Source: Synechococcus sp. (lineage in GTDB: Bacteria > Cyanobacteriota > Cyanobacteriia > Thermostichales > PCC-7336). Taken from it: 64,000 bases of DNA. The stretch spans positions 1 to 64,000 of the forward strand of contig JBFRWN010000015.1 of assembly GCA_051439605.1 (NCBI GenBank), given 5' to 3'. A program made the position numbers and the translations under genes. Below the pieces are notes generated by a model, which searched no databases, was not told where the DNA came from, and saw only the letters and a program-made list of their open reading frames with translations. This document shows, in pieces, positions 42,545-53,575 of the stretch (the first letter of the stretch is position 1; every line of letters starts with the position of its first letter).

Positions 42545-43930
42545 TTGTCTAGCGAGATCGTCGCTCAACTGGAAGCATTAGTGGGGGACGAGTCAGTGGT
42601 GGCTTGGCCGGAGATACCTGTCCCCCTGAAACTGCACTTATCACAACTATCCTTCTCTGCGCAGCCTCTAGAGGCAGTGGTTTTTCCCCACACAGCAGCA
42701 GAAGTCTCTGAAATTGTTAGTTGGGCAGCCCGCGATCGCCATACTCTCGTGCCAATGGGGTCTGGCAGCAAGCTGGGCTGGGGCGGTCTACTGCCTTCTC
42801 CCCTTCCTGAACGGGGCTTGTCATCCACCATCGCAGTTAGCACCACCCGACTCAATCAGGTGGTGGAGCATGCCATTGGCGATTTGACTCTGACAGCCGA
42901 AGCCGGTTTGCCTTTGCAGGAAGTGAGCCAACTGTTGGTTCCCCACCGTCAGCAGTTGGGGGTAGATCCAGCGTTTCCCGCCCACAGCACTCTGGGAGGA
43001 ACGATCGCCACAGGAGATACAGGCTCTTTGCGGCAGGCCTACGGTAGCGTGCGCGATCGTCTATTGGGGGTTGAGTTTGTGCGATCAGATGGGCAAGTGG
43101 TTAAGGCAGGTGGGCGCGTGGTGAAAAATGTTGCGGGCTATGACTTAATGAAGCTCCTGACGGGCTCCTACGGCACGTTAGGAATCATCACCCAAATGAC
43201 CGTTCGCCTGACCCCCACCCCCGAGTCCTCCAGTTCTGTCCTAATCGTGGGGGCAACTGCTGCCCTCGCATCGGTAGCTCGGCAAATCCGCGCTTCTAGC
43301 TTAGTCCCCACTCGCTTTGATTGGGTGTCTTCTCGTTCTTTATCCACCTGCATCGAGATGTCCGCCCCCCCTTCCAGTGCTTCCCTGCTGCTGCAATTCC
43401 AAAGTATTGCAGCCAGCGTAAGCCAACAAGTTGGCTGGACGGTCGCGCTGGCACAAGCCGCTGGACTCACCGCTACATCATTCGATGCAGCGGCAGAACC
43501 CGGTGTATGGGAAACAGTCCAAGCATCCCTCCACAGGCGCCAACCCACTGTCTTGGAGAATGACAACCGCCCTAACCCGCAAAAGATTGTGGGTTGCAAG
43601 TTCGGCCTCCTCCCTAACCAAGCGCCAGACCTGTTCGCAGCCTTGGACACCTTAGCCATCCCCGCGAACATTCAGATTCACGCCAGCAGCGGCATCGGAT
43701 GGATCTGTTTCCCCGATCCTCATCCCGATCCTCAGACGTTATTGAATCTGCGTCAGTTATGCCAGCAGAACGGTGGCTATCTCACCATCCTGCAAGCCCC
43801 TCCATTCCTCAAACAGCAGTTAGACATCTGGGGCTATGCTGAGGTCAGCCTTGGGCTGATGCGGGCGATCTCCAAAAAATTTGACCCAGACGCCATTTTT
43901 GCTCCTCAGCGTCTTCTACCACATGCCTAG
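42545..43930 (+). CDS. glcE: Glycolate oxidase FAD-binding subunit
   Basis: GGRVVKNVAGYDLMKLLTGSYGTLG, adjacent to glcF. Confidence 0.85.
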   Translation: MSSEIVAQLEALVGDESVVAWPEIPVPLKLHLSQLSFSAQPLEAVVFPHTAAEVSEIVSWAARDRHTLVPMGSGSKLGWGGLLPSPLPERGLSSTIAVSTTRLNQVVEHAIGDLTLTAEAGLPLQEVSQLLVPHRQQLGVDPAFPAHSTLGGTIATGDTGSLRQAYGSVRDRLLGVEFVRSDGQVVKAGGRVVKNVAGYDLMKLLTGSYGTLGIITQMTVRLTPTPESSSSVLIVGATAALASVARQIRASSLVPTRFDWVSSRSLSTCIEMSAPPSSASLLLQFQSIAASVSQQVGWTVALAQAAGLTATSFDAAAEPGVWETVQASLHRRQPTVLENDNRPNPQKIVGCKFGLLPNQAPDLFAALDTLAIPANIQIHASSGIGWICFPDPHPDPQTLLNLRQLCQQNGGYLTILQAPPFLKQQLDIWGYAEVSLGLMRAISKKFDPDAIFAPQRLLPHA

Positions 43931-44109
43931 AGAAAACATGTTTTAACGAATCTAGCGGCTGTCTGCAGATGAAAGCACCACCACCAGTTTTCAGAAGGTT
44001 GCCGATCTTTTCAGCACATTTCCGATCCAAGCCCTGAGCATTTGCCGCCCATTGAAATAACCCATCCTCAATCCTTTATTAAACTCGACTCGCTACACCA
44101 GCCATCGTC

Positions 44110-45492
44110 ATGTCAACCCCATCGCCTCTCGCCAATACAGAAACGGCTAGCAACCCAGAAACGGACACAGCCACTAGCTTTGATAGCAGCCATCCCCCCT
44201 CCACCGAATTCATCGATGCCTGCGTCCATTGCGGCTTTTGTCTCAGTACCTGCCCCAGTTACCGAGTTCTCGGCACCGAAACCGATTCCCCCCGCGGGCG
44301 GATCTACCTAATGGATGCCTTAGCCGATGCTCAAATCGAACTGACACCGGACGTTGTGAAGCATTTTGATAGCTGTCTTGGCTGTTTAGCCTGTGTCAGC
44401 ACTTGTCCTTCCGGCGTGCGTTACGACGAACTCATTGCCGATATGCGAGCCCAGGTGGCTCGCAATCACCCGAGATCGCCCTCTGAGAAAGCCCTAAGGT
44501 GGCTAGTGTTCAATCTGTTCCCTTACCCCAATCGCCTCCGCCCTCTGCTACGTCCCCTTCAGCTGGCGCAAAATCTAGGGCTCACCAGTCTAGTGGGTCA
44601 ATCTAGTGCCCTGAAGCGCTTCGCCCCCCAACTGGCCAGTATGGCATCGATTTTGCCCGAGGTGCCCGCCAGCGCCTTCGATCGCCCAATGCCCACCATC
44701 GTTCCGGCTCAAGGGCAACAGCGGCTGCGGGTGGGCATGATTCTGGGCTGCGTGCAGCGGGTCTTATTTTCGGATGTGAATCAAGCTACAGCCAGAGTGC
44801 TGAGCGCAAATGGCTGCGAAGTGGTCATTCCCCCGTCTCAGGGATGCTGCGCAGCGCTGCCCTACCATCAAGGGGAAGAGGACCAGGCAGCGGTACTCGC
44901 TCGTCAAATGATTGATAGCTTTGCTGGCGAAGATTTGGACGCCATCATCATCAACGCGGCAGGCTGCGGGCACACCCTGAAAGAGTACGGGAGAATTTTG
45001 CGAGATGACCCGGAATACGTAGACAAGGGAGAAACCTTTTCCCGCAAAGTAAAAGACGTGCAGGAGTTCTTGTCAGAAGTCGGCATCACGGCGAATCTAG
45101 CTCCCATTCATCACGAATCGCTTACCCTGGTCTATCAAGATGCCTGCCATTTATTGCACGGGCAGAAAATCTCTTCACAACCCCGTCAACTACTGCGCAG
45201 CATTCCTGGCATTGAATTGCGTGATCCCGTTGATGCGGCCCTGTGCTGCGGAAGCGCTGGAGTTTTCAATATTTTGCAACCTGCAATTGCAGAGGAATTA
45301 GGAGAACAAAAAGTCCGTAATTTGATGGCAACCGGAGCCTTAGCGATCGCCTCTGCCAATCCAGGATGTACCCTGCAAATCCAAAAGCACCTCAAACAAG
45401 CAGGAAAGAATGCTCCTGTTTATCACCCCATACAACTGCTGGACTGGTCGATTCGCGGCGAACAGATTTCTCTCAACACTTCAGTCTATTAA
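44110..45492 (+). CDS. glcF: Glycolate oxidase Fe-S subunit
   Basis: CVHCGFCLSTCP, CLGCLACVSTCP and CCG domains. Confidence 0.92.
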   Translation: MSTPSPLANTETASNPETDTATSFDSSHPPSTEFIDACVHCGFCLSTCPSYRVLGTETDSPRGRIYLMDALADAQIELTPDVVKHFDSCLGCLACVSTCPSGVRYDELIADMRAQVARNHPRSPSEKALRWLVFNLFPYPNRLRPLLRPLQLAQNLGLTSLVGQSSALKRFAPQLASMASILPEVPASAFDRPMPTIVPAQGQQRLRVGMILGCVQRVLFSDVNQATARVLSANGCEVVIPPSQGCCAALPYHQGEEDQAAVLARQMIDSFAGEDLDAIIINAAGCGHTLKEYGRILRDDPEYVDKGETFSRKVKDVQEFLSEVGITANLAPIHHESLTLVYQDACHLLHGQKISSQPRQLLRSIPGIELRDPVDAALCCGSAGVFNILQPAIAEELGEQKVRNLMATGALAIASANPGCTLQIQKHLKQAGKNAPVYHPIQLLDWSIRGEQISLNTSVY

Positions 45493-46167
45493 ATCTAAAA
45501 ACTGTTCGGAGTGGACTGAATACTTTAACCACTTTCCTCACAATAAATATATCAACAGGTGATGAATCAGATGGTTGTTCTGCAATCACTGTTGGCAACG
45601 TAGCTTGCTTCTCTCCGCAGTATCATTGCTCTAACTAAGGTTCCTCTGAGCAATTCTTTCAATTTAGATCTTCTGACGCCTGCTGAAATGGGCAAGTTGT
45701 GCAAGCATCTTAACCCTTATTAGCTAGCAAACCTTGGAGCGGGGATCGCCTGTTTTACAAGGGCTTCAACGATCCCCAAAACCTAAAGAGACTATTAACT
45801 CTTGTGCCGATCCCTCACCCTAGGCCTCACAATACGAAGGGATTCGACATCATCTGTGTTTCAATTTGCCGAGTTTCTGCATTATGGTTGCGGTCTACTT
45901 TCCATACGTCGCCAGTTTTTGTTATTGCCTTTGTCAGTTTCAAAAAAATTGTGGTATGGATCTTTGACTTTACCAGCCTTACCCACCAAACCAATTAAAA
46001 ACAAACGAATTAACTTAAATTTACGACGGCATTAAACAGTTTTCCAGGAATTATTAGGTGTTCTTGCACACTGGCAACTGTGTTTGAAGCAATTACAGTT
46101 ATGAGTACGGAGGAAACCAATCGCTTTCGAAGCCATTGATAAACCTATACTTTAAGGAAAATTTCCT

Positions 46168-46443
46168 ATGAAATCTCCTCAACCACTCTCTATCCTGTCC
46201 GCACATCCAGTTACTCCCTTGTCGAACTCGATCCCTCCCAAAGGATTTTCTTCGAATGCCTCTTTTTGGGTTGCTGAATGGGGGGATCGTTCAATTGAGG
46301 GAACTCTCTCAGAATGCCTTGATTTCATGGGCATTTATGGCTCCGCCCGTAATTTTCACATGCGAGAAGCCAGCCGTACTGGTCTAACGGGTGGTGACCT
46401 ATGGCAAGTGCGATTGCTATCCGAACAAGTGGTGGCCAGTTAG
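46168..46443 (+). CDS. Hypothetical protein
   Basis: ATG ORF with AAGGA ribosome-binding site after a long AT-rich intergenic region. No recognised motif. Confidence 0.5.
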   Translation: MKSPQPLSILSAHPVTPLSNSIPPKGFSSNASFWVAEWGDRSIEGTLSECLDFMGIYGSARNFHMREASRTGLTGGDLWQVRLLSEQVVAS

Positions 46444-46597
46444 TTTCACCTTTAACTACTCATGGTCTCTGGTGATTTTGTCTGCCTAGCCCAAAGGTGA
46501 GGTTCCGCAAGCTCTATCCTCCCAAAGTCTTCCTCCCCCTGAGAATGTGTCTTATGGGCATCTTGGCCAACCGCGGTCAAGGTGCTTTTTCATATTT

Positions 46598-47425
46598 TCA
46601 ACACACGTACCGGATCTTCTTTCGCCAACAAAACCAGTACTCAATTCCCGCCCATGTCAGTAGCAAGATCCACCAGCCCACAATGCCCGCCAGCAGATTG
46701 TCACCAACCCCCGTCACCCAACTGGGGACTGCGGAGGTATAGGATAATAACCCAGCAATATTGACCAATGAGATGGCAAACACCCATCCCGCATGCAACC
46801 CAATCGGCAACCCCAGACATTCCCCTGTTAAGACCTTGGCACGCACCAAGATGGTTCCCACTAAAATCAGTCCAAAGGTTTGTGCCCCCCACTGATGGAC
46901 CGCCGTAAATACTGCAGTCGTCACAACTCCAGCTAGCCAACCTTTGTAGTCACATCTCAGTTCCTCAAACAGCCAGCCACGAAACAGAAGTTCTTCTGCA
47001 AAGCCCACTGCGGCAGCAGTAGCAACCGCATTGGCTAGCGCCGTGAGAAACGCCTTGGGTGCCATTGACGTCCACTCCAGCCATCCCAGCCAACCTTCTA
47101 GCAATAAAGGGATGAACACTCCCGCAACGCCGCAAATAAGTCCGATCGCAACCTCCTGCCGAAACCCTTGCGAAAGGGAAAGTCCCAAAGCCCGGTACGG
47201 ATACACGTGGCCATGAACCCAACGCCCCCAGCCCCCAAAGGCAGAGACAACGATGAGGTACAGGACAAGAGTTGATACCCAATCTGGTAAGCCAAACCCG
47301 CTATCTAACAGCAGCCAAAGCAGCAAAAAAGGGATGACAAATACTGGAATTCTCAGCCATGCAGGGTGCGATCGCACCCAAGCACAATACCTCCGTAGCA
47401 TTCTCGAACCAGCAGATTCTCTCAA
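46598..47425 (-). CDS. CPBP (CAAX/Abi) intramembrane protease
   Basis: AEELLFRG, FTAVH, IGLHAGW and multiple TM segments. Confidence 0.92.
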   Translation of the reverse strand: MRESAGSRMLRRYCAWVRSHPAWLRIPVFVIPFLLLWLLLDSGFGLPDWVSTLVLYLIVVSAFGGWGRWVHGHVYPYRALGLSLSQGFRQEVAIGLICGVAGVFIPLLLEGWLGWLEWTSMAPKAFLTALANAVATAAAVGFAEELLFRGWLFEELRCDYKGWLAGVVTTAVFTAVHQWGAQTFGLILVGTILVRAKVLTGECLGLPIGLHAGWVFAISLVNIAGLLSYTSAVPSWVTGVGDNLLAGIVGWWILLLTWAGIEYWFCWRKKIRYVC

Positions 47426-47437
47426 ACCAGCTCCCGA

Positions 47438-47722
47438 TTAGCAGTCGGGTTCAATCGAACTGGTTAACCCATGGGTTTGCAACTGCTCTTTATAAAACTC
47501 GGCATGTTCCTTCGGAACAACAATCACCACCGCCATACCATTGACATGCGCTTCCATCATGATGTCTCGTGCTTGAGGGGGCTGCATCGCCGGGATGAGT
47601 TTCACCAATACCTCGATGACATACTCCATTGAGTTGAAATCATCGTTATGTAGGATGACCCGATACATCGGCATCGGCTTCCGGGCGGTTGAGCTCTTGG
47701 GCTTGACCTCCGCGAATACCAT
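47438..47722 (-). CDS. clpS: Clp protease adaptor ClpS
   Basis: YRVILHNDDFNSMEYV ... MMEAH. Confidence 0.95.
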   Translation of the reverse strand: MVFAEVKPKSSTARKPMPMYRVILHNDDFNSMEYVIEVLVKLIPAMQPPQARDIMMEAHVNGMAVVIVVPKEHAEFYKEQLQTHGLTSSIEPDC

Positions 47723-47816
47723 GAGAAGCAACTCCGTAACTTTACTTTTTGTATAACAACCAAAACCACATATATTCTGCGAATTTCTTCATAATGTGGC
47801 AAGAGGAAAATACCGA

Positions 47817-48611
47817 TTACAGTTTCAACAGTTCCACAAAGTAGAACACCAGCGGGGCCGTAAACACGTAGCTATCCCCCCGATCCAAGATGCCTCCATG
47901 TCCGGGAATCAAATCCCCTGAGTCTTTCACACCGGCATTGCGCTTCATCAACGACTCGGTTAGGTCGCCGAGGAGACCGGTCACCCCAATCGATAATCCC
48001 ATGAGAATTCCCGTCAATGGCCAGCCATGCCACTGCAGCCACCAAGACCCCAAAACAGCAATCGAAATACTGCCACAAATCCCCGCCATTGCCCCCTCAA
48101 CAGTTTTTTTAGGGCTGATAATCGAAAGCTGGGTTTTGCCAAACTGCTTACCCATAAAGTAGGCGCCAATATCTGCTGCCCAGATACAAGCAAAGGCCAT
48201 CAACCCCAATTTGAGGCCGTTCTCGTGGGCTCTGACTAAAATCCAAAAGCTGGGCAAGTAAGCACAGTAGAACAACGCCAAAATCGAAGTTGCAATATCG
48301 TTAATGGTGGCGACTTTGGGCTTAAACAGCAGATAAAAGCAAATGCAAGTTCCCGCCAGCGTAAAGCTCAAACCAGTCCATTCCGGACGCACCTGCTGAA
48401 TAAATACCAGCGCCTGGCTGGTGACTAGCGTCATCCGTTTTGCCGGTGCTGCACCAGTCGCCTGAACTAACTTGAAAAACTCCAATTGTGCCAGCAACAC
48501 AATGACCGCAATCATGGCGGTAAAGAACCACCCTCCCAGAAACGAGAACAAGAGTGCCATGGCAATAGCTACCACAGCGCTGGCCAAACGCAGCTTGAGC
48601 TTTTCTCTCAC
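47817..48611 (-). CDS. cdsA: Phosphatidate cytidylyltransferase
   Basis: ISPKKTVEG, KRNAGVKDSG, PGHGGILDR. Confidence 0.95.
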   Translation of the reverse strand: MREKLKLRLASAVVAIAMALLFSFLGGWFFTAMIAVIVLLAQLEFFKLVQATGAAPAKRMTLVTSQALVFIQQVRPEWTGLSFTLAGTCICFYLLFKPKVATINDIATSILALFYCAYLPSFWILVRAHENGLKLGLMAFACIWAADIGAYFMGKQFGKTQLSIISPKKTVEGAMAGICGSISIAVLGSWWLQWHGWPLTGILMGLSIGVTGLLGDLTESLMKRNAGVKDSGDLIPGHGGILDRGDSYVFTAPLVFYFVELLKL

Positions 48612-49021
48612 GTCAACAGCACTCCTTGCAGCGATGGAGGCCGGATCGGTTCGGAATCGACATTAGGAAGGGACAAGTAACTATCCGAGAGAGAGCTAGT
48701 GTTTAAGTGTAGCCGAGCCTTCAGGATTCTGATTTCTAGGGGTCTGGCGCCATGGGAAACTAATTTGGCAGCGCAGGAAACTTAATATCTTGTGGCTTTG
48801 TAGGTTGTGCCCTGGTCAAACAGCTGGAGGAGACCTCTCCGAGCTTGGTTTGTCGCATCGCTCAAGAACTGTTTGCAAAAATGAAAACGGTAAAGGGATT
48901 TGTGGCCAAGTTTAGCCACTGACACTGATATCCGATACATACTTCCTCCGAAGTCACTGCCAACCTAACCAGGCGGACCTCCAGCCAATAGAATAGAGAG
49001 GCTCTTTTTTGAGAGGCTGCC

Positions 49022-51337
49022 GTGACCGCTTCCAGCCCTGCATTTAGTCCCGAAGAACTAAAAGCCACCGGAATTTCCACTAGTGAATATCAGTCCATCG
49101 TGGAGCGTATGGGGCGGGACCCCAACCCCAACGAACTCGCCATGTTTGGAGTGATGTGGTCAGAGCACTGCTGCTACAAAAATTCCCGTCCGCTGCTGAA
49201 ACAATTTCCCACCACGGGCGATCGGATTCTAGTTGGTCCGGGTGAAAATGCCGGAGTTGTGGATCTGGGAGATGGCGATCGCCTCGCCTTCAAAATTGAG
49301 TCCCACAATCATCCATCAGCCGTAGAACCCTTTCAGGGGGCCGCCACAGGGGTGGGGGGCATCCTACGGGATATTTTCACCATGGGTGCCCGACCTATAG
49401 CGGTGTTGAACTCCCTCCGCTTTGGCCCCCTCAACAACCCGCGCAATCGACGATTATTCGCTGGAGTTGTCAGCGGCATCTCCCATTACGGCAACTGTGT
49501 CGGAGTCCCCACCGTAGGGGGAGAAGTCGACTTCGACCCAATCTATTCCGGCAACCCACTGGTTAACGCGATGGCCCTCGGTTTGATGGAGACTGATGAA
49601 ATCGTTAAGTCTGGTGCAGCAGGGTTGGGTAACCCTGTGCTGTATGTCGGCTCTACCACAGGTCGAGATGGTATGGGGGGGGCAAGCTTCGCCAGTGCGG
49701 AGTTAACGGACGAATCGGAACAGGATCGTCCCGCGGTTCAAGTGGGGGATCCGTTCCTGGAAAAATCTCTGATCGAAGCTTGCTTAGAAGCCTTTAAAAC
49801 CGGTGCGGTGGTTGCGGCCCAAGATATGGGAGCAGCAGGGATTACCTGCTCAACTTCAGAGATGGCTTACAGTGGCGGCGTGGGCATCGAGTTCGACCTC
49901 GACAAAGTCCCCGTAAGGGAAGCCGGGATGCGCCCCGATGAATTTCTACTCTCCGAATCACAAGAGCGCATGCTGTTTGTAGTCGATCCAGAGAGAACTG
50001 AGGAACTGATTGAAATTTTTCAACGGTGGGGGCTGCACGCAGTTGTAGCAGGTCGCGTGATTGAAGAACCGGTAGTACGCATTTTCCACAGAGGGGAAAT
50101 TGCCGCCGAGGTCTCTGCATCTGCTTTGGCCGATGACACCCCCCTATACAAACGCGAAATCGTTGATACACCAGACTACGCCCTTACCGCTTGGCAATGG
50201 AGCGCAGCGTCTCTTCCGAGTGCTGCAGAGGCGGGAATCGGCGATCGCAGTTGGAATGACATTCTTTTACAGCTGTTAGACGACCCTTCTATTGCCTCCA
50301 AACAGTGGGTCTATCGGCAATACGATCACCAAGTGCAAAACAATACCGTTTTGGTACCGGGTGGAGCCGATGCTGCCGTTGTCCGCATTCGTCCCCAAAC
50401 CTTTGGAGTAGGAGATATTGAAACAGTTCCCCTCTCGCACAAAGGGGTAGCTGCAGTTGTGGACTGTAAAGGACGATACGTCTACCTCGATCCCTACGAG
50501 GGAGCAAAAGCCGCCGTTGCAGAAGCCGCCCGCAACCTCAGCTGTGTTGGAGCAGAACCGCTAGCAGTCACTGATAATCTCAACTTTGGCAGTCCCGAAA
50601 AGCCGGTGGGCTACTGGCAATTGGCTGAATCTTGCCGGGGAATTTCTGCTGCTTGCAAAGCCCTTCACACCCCAGTTACCGGAGGCAATGTCTCGCTGTA
50701 CAACGAAACCATCGACAGCGATGGCAACCCCTGCTCAATCCACCCAACCCCAGTCATTGGCATGGTGGGCCTAGTGCCGGACGTTCGCCGAGTCTGCGGT
50801 CAAGCGTGGGTTAGCGAAGGGGACAGCATTATTCTCCTGGGCAGCCTGGAAACTCTGGCACTCGGGGGATCCTCTTATCTCAGTAGCATCCACGGCATCA
50901 CAACCGGTCGGCCCCCTCGTATCGATCTAGAGATAGAAGCTAAAGTACAAACCGCCTGCCGCGAAGGGATTCGCCAAGGGTGGGTAAAGTCGGCCCACGA
51001 CTGCAGTGATGGAGGGTTGGCTGTAACATTAGCGGAGTCCAGTCTCGGCAACGGCATTGGCGCTTGCATTGTGCTTCCCACTAGCAACCTACGTCTAGAT
51101 GAACTTCTGTTTGGTGAAGGAGGCGCTAAGATTCTGATGTCAGTTTCTCCCGACCATCTAGCGTTCTTCAGAGAATATCTCACTGTAAATTTACCGAATT
51201 TATGGCTGGAGCTGGGCCAAACCAAAGGCGATCGGTTGGACATTCAACTCGCGAGCGGAATCAGTGCAATTTCTCTGCCCGTTACTCAACTCTCGAGCAC
51301 CTTTAACTCGGCCATTTCCAAGCGCATGCAGCCTTGA
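49022..51337 (+). CDS. purL: Phosphoribosylformylglycinamidine synthase subunit PurL
   Basis: [31 protein letters not shown]. Confidence 0.98.
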   Translation: MTASSPAFSPEELKATGISTSEYQSIVERMGRDPNPNELAMFGVMWSEHCCYKNSRPLLKQFPTTGDRILVGPGENAGVVDLGDGDRLAFKIESHNHPSAVEPFQGAATGVGGILRDIFTMGARPIAVLNSLRFGPLNNPRNRRLFAGVVSGISHYGNCVGVPTVGGEVDFDPIYSGNPLVNAMALGLMETDEIVKSGAAGLGNPVLYVGSTTGRDGMGGASFASAELTDESEQDRPAVQVGDPFLEKSLIEACLEAFKTGAVVAAQDMGAAGITCSTSEMAYSGGVGIEFDLDKVPVREAGMRPDEFLLSESQERMLFVVDPERTEELIEIFQRWGLHAVVAGRVIEEPVVRIFHRGEIAAEVSASALADDTPLYKREIVDTPDYALTAWQWSAASLPSAAEAGIGDRSWNDILLQLLDDPSIASKQWVYRQYDHQVQNNTVLVPGGADAAVVRIRPQTFGVGDIETVPLSHKGVAAVVDCKGRYVYLDPYEGAKAAVAEAARNLSCVGAEPLAVTDNLNFGSPEKPVGYWQLAESCRGISAACKALHTPVTGGNVSLYNETIDSDGNPCSIHPTPVIGMVGLVPDVRRVCGQAWVSEGDSIILLGSLETLALGGSSYLSSIHGITTGRPPRIDLEIEAKVQTACREGIRQGWVKSAHDCSDGGLAVTLAESSLGNGIGACIVLPTSNLRLDELLFGEGGAKILMSVSPDHLAFFREYLTVNLPNLWLELGQTKGDRLDIQLASGISAISLPVTQLSSTFNSAISKRMQP

Positions 51338-51349
51338 GTTCACCCCTCG

Positions 51350-52057
51350 CTAAGGGAGACAAGTTTCGACTGCCACAAGAGCCGCCTTCACTTGAGCAAT
51401 ACAGGTTTCCACTGGCAACCCTAACCCCATGCATTCCACTGCCACCTTGTAAGCTACCGCTTGCTCCTCGAAAAGGCTTCTGGCCTGTAAACGTGCCCAC
51501 CGCTCCATATACCCTGGGTCCAGGAGCTGTCCGCTGCAGCGCAAGCTGCTAACTAGTTGTTGCAGCTTGTGTCGATCATCGCGATCTCCGATCGCATTAC
51601 CCATCTCAGCTTTTTCCGCTACGCCCCCTGCCATCCACATAATGCTGTAACGCTCAACATCGCGGCGAGTCATTCCCCCTTGCTCGAGCCATCCTTGCCA
51701 GACAGCATCATCAAGCTGCACCCCCCCATACCCTGGATACCCCTTACGAAACGCTTGCCAAGGATCGAGCACGTAATCTTTGATGGGAATGTCCAATTGG
51801 CAAGCAGCTAAGAAATGACCTGCTTCGTGGGTGAGAACGCGTTGCTTCTGCCGAGAAGTTCTGCCCTCCCACTGCGCCCCCAATAATTGTGAAAATCGCC
51901 CCTGCATCACAGTGCGATCGACCAAAGCTGCACCCAACACGAAACTCGTCAGCCCAACAGGCAGTATCTCCCCCATCCCCAAAGCTGGCGATAGCAGAGC
52001 AAAGAGCGAGAGGGCAAAAACGGCGATCGCCATTCCCGATGAATTGGAAGGATGCAT
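51350..52057 (-). CDS. Membrane protein with M41-like HExxH Zn-protease domain
   Basis: Two TM helices followed by RVLTHEAGHFL and WMAGGVAE. Confidence 0.8.
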   Translation of the reverse strand: MHPSNSSGMAIAVFALSLFALLSPALGMGEILPVGLTSFVLGAALVDRTVMQGRFSQLLGAQWEGRTSRQKQRVLTHEAGHFLAACQLDIPIKDYVLDPWQAFRKGYPGYGGVQLDDAVWQGWLEQGGMTRRDVERYSIMWMAGGVAEKAEMGNAIGDRDDRHKLQQLVSSLRCSGQLLDPGYMERWARLQARSLFEEQAVAYKVAVECMGLGLPVETCIAQVKAALVAVETCLP

Positions 52058-52255
52058 ACAAAAATATCCTTTGGGAACCATATCTATGAAGAAAAGGTCG
52101 AAAGGAGCATGCTCCCTCTTTATCAAGTGTCCGAGCAAGTTGAAGAGCTCCCTACAAGTGTAAGGAGTCAGTAGATTTTCGGGTAACTCTAAAGTAATAA
52201 CTCCGTTATCTTACACAGTATTCTTGCATTTTCTGAAACAAGGCTTATCTTAGCT

Positions 52256-53530
52256 ATGTTCACCAAGACTCTCGATACTGCTCGCCTGCCCCCACAATAT
52301 TGGAGTCATGTTTCACAAGAGAATTGGAACGATTGGCGTTGGCAACTTAAGAACAGGCTTAACACTCTTGAGGACCTAAGTAAATTCATTGACCTTACTC
52401 CCGAAGAGGTCCAAGGTCTCGGTGCACCCGAGCGATTTCGAGTCGATGTCACCCCCTATTATGCAAGCCTGATTGACCCCACCGATCCCAATTGCCCAGT
52501 CAGGCGGCAAATCGTTCCTACCGGTCGAGAGCTACAAGCTTTTGCAGGCATGATGGACGATAGCCTCTCGGAGGACGAACATAGCCCGGTTCCTGGCTTA
52601 GTGCATCGCTATCCCGATCGCGTCCTCATGCTCTTGACCACCCATTGTGCTAGCTACTGTCGTTACTGCACTCGCAGTCGCATGGTGGGGGATTTCACTA
52701 AAACGACTCAAAAGCCCATTCTTGAACAACAATTGGAGTACTTGCGCCGTACCCCCCAGGTACGAGATGTTCTTCTTAGTGGCGGCGATCCCCTTACCCT
52801 TTCTCCCGCAGTACTAGAATACACACTCTCTAGCCTGCGTGAAATAGACCATATCGAGGTCGTCCGTATTGGCAGTCGTGCCCCAGTTTTCCTGCCTCAG
52901 CTCGTGACAGACGAACTTTGCGACATGCTGAAAAAGTTCCACCCGTTGTGGCTCAACATTCACGTCAATCATCCAAAAGAAATCACTCCCGAGCTCAGCC
53001 AAGCCTTGGCAAAGTTAGCCAACTCAGGTATTCCTCTAGGAAACCAAAGTGTCTTACTAGCAGGCATTAACGACAGCGTAGAAATCCAAAAGGAATTAGT
53101 TCACAAACTCGTGCGCAACCGAGTACGTCCCTACTATTTGTACCAGTGCGATCTCGTCAAGGGAGCTGGCCATTTCCGCACCAGCATCGCCAAAGGGTTA
53201 GAAATTATTGAGGGATTGAGGGGTCACACCAGCGGCTATGCGGTCCCTACATTTGTTGTGGATGCCCCAGGTGGTGGTGGCAAGATACCGATCAATCCCC
53301 AATACCTGATTAGCCACGGGAGCAAGCGCGTTGTGCTGCGCAACTACGAGGGTTATATCTCCACCTACGAAGAACCGGCCAATTACGATCCCGATTTGAT
53401 TTACAAGATGCAACCCCATGCCCACAGGAAAAAAGCAGAGGACCAACAGTCTGGAGTTTCGGGATTGCTGCAGGGTGAGGCGAAGTCTATTAAACCAGAG
53501 GGATTCGACCAAATTCACCAACGCGATTGA
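52256..53530 (+). CDS. kamA: Lysine 2,3-aminomutase (radical SAM, KamA family)
   Basis: WNDWRWQ, HRYPDR, CASYCRYCTR, LLSGGDPL, NQSVLL, PYYLYQCD, GHTSGYAVP and DAPGGGGK (PLP Lys). Confidence 0.92.
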   Translation: MFTKTLDTARLPPQYWSHVSQENWNDWRWQLKNRLNTLEDLSKFIDLTPEEVQGLGAPERFRVDVTPYYASLIDPTDPNCPVRRQIVPTGRELQAFAGMMDDSLSEDEHSPVPGLVHRYPDRVLMLLTTHCASYCRYCTRSRMVGDFTKTTQKPILEQQLEYLRRTPQVRDVLLSGGDPLTLSPAVLEYTLSSLREIDHIEVVRIGSRAPVFLPQLVTDELCDMLKKFHPLWLNIHVNHPKEITPELSQALAKLANSGIPLGNQSVLLAGINDSVEIQKELVHKLVRNRVRPYYLYQCDLVKGAGHFRTSIAKGLEIIEGLRGHTSGYAVPTFVVDAPGGGGKIPINPQYLISHGSKRVVLRNYEGYISTYEEPANYDPDLIYKMQPHAHRKKAEDQQSGVSGLLQGEAKSIKPEGFDQIHQRD

Positions 53531-53575
53531 TAGGTTCACGTACGAAAGCTCACTTCACCAACAAGGTCTTCAGCT

